Shown here piece by piece: positions 56,431 through 64,000 of a stretch of DNA of 64,000 bases; positions within the stretch are counted from its first letter, which is position 1; each line of letters opens with the position of its first letter. This DNA comes from an uncultured Acidobacteriota bacterium (GTDB lineage: Bacteria > Acidobacteriota > Vicinamibacteria > Vicinamibacterales > UBA2999). The DNA lies in contig CAVUHC010000006.1 in the NCBI GenBank assembly GCA_963741135.1, forward strand, positions 669,760 through 733,759. Direction: 5' to 3'. The notes under the pieces are model-generated. The model was given only the letters and a program-made list of their open reading frames with translations. It made no database searches and was not told the DNA's origin. Both the position numbers and the translations under genes were made by a program.

Positions 56431-57486
56431 CTACCGGTCGCCGGCATTCCAAGCCGCCCCGCCCGCCCGCGCGACGCTTATGGCGACGGCGTCGGACTCG
56501 GCGGACGGAACGTCGCGCGTGTCGAGCCGAGGCACCTCGAAACGCAGATCCGTCGAGGGAAGCGACGTCCCGCGCACCGCGGTGAACGCCATGGAATATC
56601 CGCATTCGCCCACGAGGCGCACCGTGTCCTGCGTGTAGGCGTGCGCGTGACCGTGCGGGTAGCAAAAGGGGACCGAGGTCTGGCCCGTCAAAATCCGGAT
56701 CCACTCGACACCGTCCTCGAGCTGCGCGCGCTGTTCGTCGAGCGGCAGCCGCGAAAGGACCCGGTGATCGCGTGTGTGATAGCCGAACGTCATCCCCGCG
56801 TGGGCCATCTCCCGAATCATCGCGGGAGTGAGGTACAGCTCGCGCGCGGCCTCCGCTTCGTCTCCGATGGAGGAGCGGAACAACTTGTCCAACACCGCGT
56901 CGGCAATCTCGAGCGGCAAGTCGTAGTTGAGCAACTGCTTTACGCGGCGAACCGTGGCATTGTCGTAGCGATAGAGGCTGTCATGGGGCGCCTGCGTCGC
57001 GAGTCCCGGGCCAACGGCCGCGAGCGCGGCTTCGACCTCTGTCCAGAGGCGGTCGCCGAACCGGGCGAGGAGCAGCTGCACCTTCTGGACGTTCAGCACG
57101 CGGGGGGCGGAGCAGTTGCTTGCCGGAGAAATGAAGAAGACGCCTCGATACCCGCGCGCCGCGAGTTGCGGGAACACCGTCGTGTAGTGATCGATCAGGC
57201 CATCGTCGAACGTGAGCAGCGCCGCGGGACCGTTGAGCGATCGCTCTCCGTCGATCGCCGCCAGAAACCCGCCGTAGTCGACGATAGTTCTGTTGCGCTC
57301 GACCGTCTCGATCTGTTGCTCGAACCCGTCGGGATGCAGCGTGCGCAGATCGGGAAACGCCGTGGCCGACGCGTCGCGTACGTAGTGATACGACACGACC
57401 AAACAGCTGTCGCGGGAGCCGAGCGAGTGGCGCTGGGGTGCCATTGCGACTTGGGCTCTGTACGGAGAAAGCAGAGGATAAACCAC
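56431..57486 (-). CDS. Polysaccharide deacetylase (NodB-homology) family protein
   Basis: [30 protein letters not shown] (the TFDDG motif) and later FGYHTRDH and FCYPHG are present. Confidence 0.75.
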   Translation of the reverse strand: MVYPLLSPYRAQVAMAPQRHSLGSRDSCLVVSYHYVRDASATAFPDLRTLHPDGFEQQIETVERNRTIVDYGGFLAAIDGERSLNGPAALLTFDDGLIDHYTTVFPQLAARGYRGVFFISPASNCSAPRVLNVQKVQLLLARFGDRLWTEVEAALAAVGPGLATQAPHDSLYRYDNATVRRVKQLLNYDLPLEIADAVLDKLFRSSIGDEAEAARELYLTPAMIREMAHAGMTFGYHTRDHRVLSRLPLDEQRAQLEDGVEWIRILTGQTSVPFCYPHGHAHAYTQDTVRLVGECGYSMAFTAVRGTSLPSTDLRFEVPRLDTRDVPSAESDAVAISVARAGGAAWNAGDR

Positions 57487-57528
57487 GCGTCGCCCGTTGT
57501 CGATGGCGCGAGAGGGGCCGAAGGAGAT

Positions 57529-58621
57529 TTAGAGGATTTCCTCCACTAGTTGCGCCACGTGCTCGCCGATGGCCAGGCACGCGGTCAGACCCGGCGATTC
57601 GATCCCTGCGGCCTGCACCAGCCGGGGACACGCCACGTCTCTGCCAATCAGAAAGTCGGCAAATGCCGTCTCGGGTCCATGCAGCTTGGGACGGATGCCG
57701 CTGCCGCCAAGGCGGAGATCGGAGAGTTGCAGCGAAGGAAGGAGCCGCCGCGCCGGTTCGAGAAAGGCCTCGACAGGAAGACGCGCGTCCTCGTAGTCGT
57801 CCTTGCGAGCCTGAAATCGCGTGGTCGGTCCGAGCGTCACGTTGCCGTGAATCGTCTTGCTCAAGTGCGTGCCGAGGCTGTGGGTGTGGGGAAGCGGATA
57901 GACGAGGCCATTGACCAGTGCGCGCTTGAGACGGCACGAGTTCCGCATATTCACCGCGGCACGGATAGATGCGGAATGACGATCCTCCAAGTGCCGCGGA
58001 GACCTCGTCGGCATAGAGGCCGGCCGCGTTGACGATTGAACGGGCGTCGATGCGCTCGGATGCGGTTGCGATTTCGATCGAGCGGTCGCGCTGTTCGGCG
58101 CCTGCCAGCCTCGTTCCGGGCAACAGGAAGACACCTTGTTCTGCGCCGAGGCGCGCGAGCGTCCTGACGAGCGCTTCCGCTTCGAGAATCCCCGTGTTCG
58201 GCGAGATGAGCGCGGCCACGGCCTGGACGTTCGGCTCGCGTGCGCGGACGTATGCGGCGTCCACCACCTCGAGGCCCTGAACGCCATTCGCGATCCCGTT
58301 GGCTCGCAATCCTTCAAGCGCCGGGATTTCCGTGTCGTCGTGCGCCACGATCAGCTTCCCGCAGCGGCGGTGCGGCACGCCATGCGCCGCGCAGAATTCG
58401 TAGAGCACGCGCGCGCCTTCCACGCAGTGTCTCGCCTTGAGCGACCCCGGCGGATAGTAGATGCCCGCGTGAATCACTTGGCTGTTGTGCGTGCTGGTGC
58501 CCATGCCGGGGCGCGGCTCCCTTTCCAGGACGCACACGCTGCGCCCCCGCCGCGCGAGGGCCAGGGCCGCGGCAAGTCCGACGACACCCCCTCCGATGAC
58601 CGCCGTATCGATCTGTTCCAT
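57529..58621 (-). pseudogene. FAD-dependent oxidoreductase of the DAO / L-2-hydroxyglutarate oxidase-like type; one frame change near 57930-57960
   Basis: [50 protein letters not shown] is in ORF 56981..58669. RGEYAEL then continues as ..[39 protein letters not shown] in ORF 57529..58317. Confidence 0.75.
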
Positions 58622-58728
58622 CTCTCCGCCAAGGCGGGCCGTTCCATCCAGCCCCGCGTTGTGCATCACCAGGCCATGAAGTACGATCGTCGATTGTGCC
58701 CGCGCCGCAGGCTCACACCGACGAACAG

Positions 58729-59838
58729 ATGCAGGTTCCGTTACTTGATCTCCGGCTCCAGTACGCGTCGATACGCGAGGACATCCTGTCCGCTGTCACG
58801 AGCGTCTGCGATTCGCAACAGTTCATTATGGGACCGGAGGTGGAACGGTTGGAATCGGAGCTGGCGGCCGCCATCGGTGTTCCATATGCCATCGCGGTAT
58901 CGTCGGGAACCGACGCCCTGATCGTCGCGCTGATGGTGCTGGGCATCGGCGATGGCGACGAGGTGATCACGCCGACGTTCTCGTTCTTCGCGACGGCCGG
59001 GTCGGTCGCGCGCGTCGGCGCGCGGCCGGTGTTTGTCGACGTCGATCCCGAGACGCTGATGCTCGACATCGACCGTGTGCGCGCCGCGATCACGCCGCGC
59101 ACCAGGGCCATCATGCCGGTCCATTTGTACGGTCTCTGCGCCGATGTGGATGCGCTCAAGGCGGTGGCGGGCCCTGGCGTTCACGTCATCGAGGATGCTG
59201 CGCAGGCGATCGGCGCCACCTATCATGGCCGTCCCTCTGGGACGCTCGGGACCATCGGCTGCTTTTCGTTTTTTCCGACGAAGAACCTCGGCGGATTTGG
59301 CGACGGCGGTCTTGTGACGACCACCGACGCGTCGATCGCCGATCACGTGCGCCTGCTTCGAAATCACGGCGCGCATCCGAAATACGTCCACCGCGAGATT
59401 GGCGGCAATTTCAGGCTCGACGCGCTCCAGGCAGCGGTCCTGCGCGTGAAGCTGCCGCACCTGAGCGAATGGAACTCGAAACGGCGCGCGAACGCCGCAC
59501 GGTACCGCGAGCTGTTCGCGAAGGCGGGTCTCGCCGGCCGCATCGGACTTCCCGTCGAACCTCCCGGGCGCACGCATGTGTACCACCAGTTCGTGATCCG
59601 CGTGCCCGATCGTGATGCGGTGCGCGCGCATCTGGCGGCGAGGGGCGTCGGAACGGAGGTGTATTACCCGGTGCCGTTCCATCGACAGCAGTGCTTTGCA
59701 AACCTGGGGCACGCGCTCGACGCATTTCCGAATGCCGACGCCGCGGCGTCCGACGTGCTCGCGCTGCCAATTTATCCCGAGCTGACACGCGAACAGCAAC
59801 ACTACGTGGTGGCAAGCATCGCAGAGCGCGTCACGTGA
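58729..59838 (+). CDS. DegT-family PLP-dependent sugar aminotransferase
   Basis: [102 protein letters not shown] and [12 protein letters not shown] are present. Confidence 0.88.
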   Translation: MQVPLLDLRLQYASIREDILSAVTSVCDSQQFIMGPEVERLESELAAAIGVPYAIAVSSGTDALIVALMVLGIGDGDEVITPTFSFFATAGSVARVGARPVFVDVDPETLMLDIDRVRAAITPRTRAIMPVHLYGLCADVDALKAVAGPGVHVIEDAAQAIGATYHGRPSGTLGTIGCFSFFPTKNLGGFGDGGLVTTTDASIADHVRLLRNHGAHPKYVHREIGGNFRLDALQAAVLRVKLPHLSEWNSKRRANAARYRELFAKAGLAGRIGLPVEPPGRTHVYHQFVIRVPDRDAVRAHLAARGVGTEVYYPVPFHRQQCFANLGHALDAFPNADAAASDVLALPIYPELTREQQHYVVASIAERVT

Positions 59839-60714
59839 ACATCTCGCGGGTCCTCGTGACGGGCGCCTCCGGGCAGCTTGCGGCCGCGATCATCCGCGTC
59901 TTTTCGGATCGCGACGTGACCGCGCATACGCGTGCGACGCTCGACGTGACGGACGGCGCGGCCGTGCAGCGGGAGATCGGGAACGCTCGTCCGGACCTGA
60001 TCGTCAACTGCGCGGCGTTCAACCAGGTGGATGACGCCGAACGCAGCGCTACCGAGGCGTTCGCGGTCAATGCGTTTGCCGTGCGGAGCCTGGCCCGCGC
60101 AGCTGAATCGTGCGGGGCGGCGTTGGTGCACTACGGATCCGATTTCGTGTTCGACGGCACGGCTACGCCAGCCGTATGACGAAGCCGCCGCGCCCGGACC
60201 GCGCAGCGTTTATGCCTCGTCGAAGCTCGTTGGTGAATGGCTGGCGCTCGAGGCGCCGCGCGCGTACGTGCTGCGAGTCGAAAGCCTGTTCGGATCGCCG
60301 CGCGGACTGGACCGGCACGGCGAGGCACGCTCGACGGAATCGTGCAAGGTCTCGAGGCGGGTCGTGAGGTCACGGTCTTCACCGACCGCACAGTGTCGCC
60401 GAGCTACGTCGTGGACGTCGCGGCCGCTACTCGACATCTCGTCGATTCCGATGCCGCGCCAGGGACTGTACCACTGCGTGAACTCGGGCTACGGCACCTG
60501 GCGCGAGGTAGCGCTCGAAGTCGCCCGCATCCTGGGGGTCACTCCGCGCCTCAAGCTCGTCACGATGGACGAGGTGTCGCTGGCGGCCGCGCGGCCGCGC
60601 TTCTGCGCGCTGTCGAACCGGAAGCTGGCTGCCGCAGGTTTCGCGATGCCTCCCTGGCAGGATGCCTTGCAGCGCTGGCTCGGGGCGCGCGGCCGTCCTC
60701 ACAGCATAGAATGA
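59835..60714 (+). pseudogene. RmlD-type (dTDP-4-dehydrorhamnose reductase-like) 6-deoxyhexose reductase; at least 3 frame changes
   Basis: GTG 59835 overlaps TGA 59836-59838. VLVTGASGQLA, LIVNCAAFNQVDDAE, LVHYGSDFVFDG, YASSKLVGE (YxxxK), SPSYVVDVA, LYHCVNSG and FAMPPWQDAL are spread over three frames. Confidence 0.7.
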
Positions 60715-60723
60715 AAAGGACTT

Positions 60724-61713
<990 letters not shown>

Positions 61714-61728
61714 AACATCGGAGAGAAC

Positions 61729-63024
61729 TTGGATCTCAAGGACAAGATACGAACTCGTCAGGCCCGGATCGGTATCATCGGTCTCGGGTACGTCGGCCTG
61801 CCGCTCGCGGTGGAGTTTGCGAAAGCGGGCTTCGAGGTCACCGGCTTCGACGTCGATCTCGCCAAGGTCGACGCGATCAACAAGGGCCACAGCTACATCG
61901 GCGACGTGAGCAGCGAGGATGTCTCCGCGGCGTCGAAGGCGGGCAAGCTGTCGGCCACCGCCGACATGTCGCCGTCTCCACGACATGGACGCCATCGACA
62001 TCTGCGTGCCGACGCCGCTCCGGAAGACGCGCGATCCGGATCTGTCGTACGTCGTGCTCGCGGTCGACGCCGTGCGCGCCCAGCTGCGCGCGGGACAGCT
62101 CGTGATTCTCGAGTCGACGACCTATCCCGGCACGACGGACGAAGTCGTCCAGCCGGCGCTCGAGGAGAGCGGCCTCAAGGCGGGGAAGGACTTCTATCTG
62201 GCGTTTTCGCCGGAGCGCGTCGATCCAGGCAACGTCACGCACACCACCCGCAGCATTCCGAAAGTGGTCGGCGGGGTCAACGAGGCGAGCACCGAGCTGG
62301 CAGCGGAGCTGTACGGATCGATCATCAGCACGATCGTGCCGGTGAGCTCGACGCAGGTCGCCGAGATGGTGAAGCTGCTGGAGAACACCTTCCGCGCGGT
62401 GAACATCGGCCTCGTCAATGAGATCGCGCTGATGTCGCACCGGATGAACATCGACGTGTGGGAAGTGATCGAGGCGGCCAGCACCAAGCCGTTCGGGTTC
62501 ATGCCGTTCTACCCGGGGCCGGGCCTCGGCGGCCACTGCATTCCGATCGACCCGTTCTACCTGTCATGGAAGGCGCGGCAGAACGGCTTCGAGTGCCGCT
62601 TCATCGAGCTCGCCGGCCATGTCAACGGCTCGATGCCCGCCTTCGTCGTCGAGCGCGTTGGCGAGGCGCTCAACTCGCAGAAGAAGTCGATCAACGGATC
62701 GCGCATTCACGTCTTCGGCGTGGCCTACAAGAAAGACGTCAGCGACATGCGCGAGTCGCCGGCGCTCGACGTCATCGAGCTGCTGCACCGCCGCGGAGCC
62801 GATGCTCAGCTACACCGACCCGCATGTGCCGACGCTCGACCACGGCGGGCTCGTCGCTCACGTCGGTGCCCGAGCGCGACGCCGCCAAGGGCATCGACTG
62901 CGCGGTGATCTGCACGAATCACGCGGTGTTCAACTACGCCGAAATGCCCAAGCGGTTTCCGCTGGTCGTCGACACACGCAACGCGCTCAAGGGCATCGCC
63001 GCCGAAAACATCTTTCGCTTGTAG
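61729..63024 (+). pseudogene. Nucleotide-sugar 6-dehydrogenase (UDP-glucose/GDP-mannose dehydrogenase family; WbpA/WecC-like); at least 3 frame changes
   Basis: [64 protein letters not shown] and GVAYKKDVSDMRESPA are present. The C-terminus is in the frames of ORFs 62619 and 62458. The TTG 61729 start is preceded by GGAGAG. Confidence 0.78.
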
Positions 63025-63055
63025 AGTTGGGAGTTGGTTTCTTGGGAGTTGAGGG
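63025..63055. repeat. TTGGGAG-word repeat in the convergent intergenic gap
   Basis: AGTTGGGAGTTGGTTTCTTGGGAGTTGAGGG uses the same words as 63843-63874. Confidence 0.6.
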
Positions 63056-63657
63056 CTAGGCACGCCGCCCGATCGCGGCGTAATCCAGATAGGTGAACAG
63101 CAGCCGGTTGATCTTCTCGACGTTCGCGTTCAGCGTGTCGACCAGATCTACAAAGCCGGCTGCCGTTTGCCGGCTGCCGGCTGCAAGCGGCTGCAGCTTG
63201 TCGCTCTCCGGATACGGCGCGCGATACCGGATCTCCACGTGCTGAAAGCCGGTGGCGACGAGCAGGTACTTCAACGTGTCGGGATGCACGGGACGCACGT
63301 GCGTCAGATCGCGGATGTAGCTCTCGAAGAACGCGAACCAGCAGGCGGGATTGATCGTCTCGAGCACGATCGGCGCGCCCGGACGCAGCTTGTCGAACGC
63401 CGCGTCGAGCAGCTGCGTCAGGTAACGCGGCTCGAGGTGCTCGACGACCTGCGCCGCGAACAGTCCCCCGAGAGAACCGTCCGGGCAGGCGCGCGCAGGT
63501 AGGTCAGCGCGTCGGCGGTCTACCGCGTCCAGCCCGTGCGCCCGGCACACCTCCACCATCGCAGCGTTGACGTCGATGCCGCGGGCACTGATGCCGTGCT
63601 CGCGCAGCAGCTCGAGAAACTCCCCGCGGCCGCATCCGACGTCGAGCACGTCACTTG

Positions 63658-63687
63658 CTGTGATCCCTGATCCCTGATCCCCGGTCC
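63658..63687. repeat. (TGATCCC)n heptamer words inside the methyltransferase ORF
   Basis: GTGATCCCTGATCCCTGATCCCCGGTCCCC is translated on the - strand as GTGDQGSGIT, just upstream of SAM motif I. Confidence 0.65.
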
Positions 63688-63842
63688 CCAGAAAGATCGG
63701 CAGGTACTCCTCGACGCGCCGCCGGATGTCTTCCGGCGAGCCACGAAACTGATCCTCGAAGCCGACGTACTTGTGGCTGTCGAGGTCGTCGAACTGGTTG
63801 CCAGGGGCTGTGTCGGCGGCGTTGCCAGGAGCGGCGTTCACC

Positions 63843-63874
63843 TTGGGAGTTGGGAGTTGGGAATTGGAAGTTGG
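63843..63874. repeat. (TTGGGAG)n words inside the methyltransferase ORF
   Basis: TTGGGAGTTGGGAGTTGGGAATTGGAAGTTGG is translated on the - strand as PTSNSQLPTPK. Confidence 0.65.
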
Positions 63875-64000
63875 CGGCGCACCCGCCGCCAGCCTGGCGA
63901 CCTCACGTTTGAGATTCTGCGCCGCCTGCTGCAGCACGCTGACGGCGGAGCGCAGCTCGTCGTGCTGCGCGGCAAGCGCCGCAACCGCGGTGTCGTTGCG

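Larger units (their letters stand above)
63056..64000 (-). pseudogene. Class I SAM-dependent methyltransferase with N-terminal coiled-coil region; 5' end beyond window; compensating indel pair near 63485-63523
   Basis: FEDQFRGSPEDIRRRVEEYLPIF, VLDVGCGRGEFLELL (motif I), FAAQVVEHLEP and PGAPIVLETINP are present. The reading frame stays open upstream of Met 63937 to the window edge (..AALAAQHDELRSAVSVLQQAAQNLKREV). Two repeat-word stretches are translated within it. Confidence 0.75.

Noticed and set aside
58659-58687. A candidate sigma70-like promoter for the + strand DegT operon in the divergent gap: TTGTGC, 17 nt, TACGAT.
   Set aside because: Only 4 of 6 positions match in each hexamer. The promoter consensus for this unidentified organism is unknown, and similar matches occur by chance. 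It is not called as a feature.

Overview
High-GC (roughly two-thirds G+C by eye) bacterial chromosomal segment. Nearly all of it is one very large surface-glycan biosynthesis locus. I saw no rRNA, tRNA, CRISPR array, transposase, integrase or phage gene.

Organisation:
- About 46 genes run co-directionally on the + strand from 1 to 53.9 kb. About 20 junctions are ATGA/GTGA/TTGA start-stop overlaps.
- A 5-gene - strand block follows (53.9-58.6 kb), then a + block (58.7-63.0 kb), then a - strand methyltransferase that runs off the window.

Recognisable content:
- Three nonulosonic/ulosonic-acid modules. One is neuC-neuA-MTase, reading frames disrupted, at 8.0-10.9 kb. One is an intact neuB-neuC-MTase-neuA at 19.0-22.9 kb. 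One is a second, different neuB at 40.2 kb followed by SDR, aldehyde dehydrogenase, cytidylyltransferase, fused transketolase, HAD phosphatase and a KpsC/KpsS-like protein.
- Amino-sugar tailoring genes: 3 DegT-type aminotransferases, 2 LbH acyltransferases, a Gfo/Idh/MocA oxidoreductase, extended SDRs, gmd, an rfbD-like reductase, a nucleotide-sugar dehydrogenase, a formyltransferase and a deacetylase.
- A WecA-like initiating transferase, four GT2 genes and one GT4 gene.

Unusual part: three multi-copy protein families that I cannot place in any named family.
- Family A: 9 copies, 8 in tandem. GT-B-like with an RPHP motif, often with a Lys/Arg/Glu-rich tail.
- Family B: 5 copies. GT-B/GT9-like C-terminal block.
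- Family D: 2 copies of a large polytopic membrane protein, possibly GT-C-like.

Other observations:
- Two families of palindromic REP-like repeats punctuate the locus and sometimes lie inside ORFs.
- Many genes need one or more 1-nt frame corrections, clustered in patches (1-5 kb, 8-17 kb, 26-31 kb, 41-45 kb, 49-54 kb, 59.8-63.5 kb). The blocks 17-26.2 kb and 30.8-39.1 kb are clean. Closely spaced and compensating indels suggest consensus errors at least as much as decay.

Limits: all family assignments come from motif recognition by eye, with no database search. Start codons and frameshift positions are approximate.
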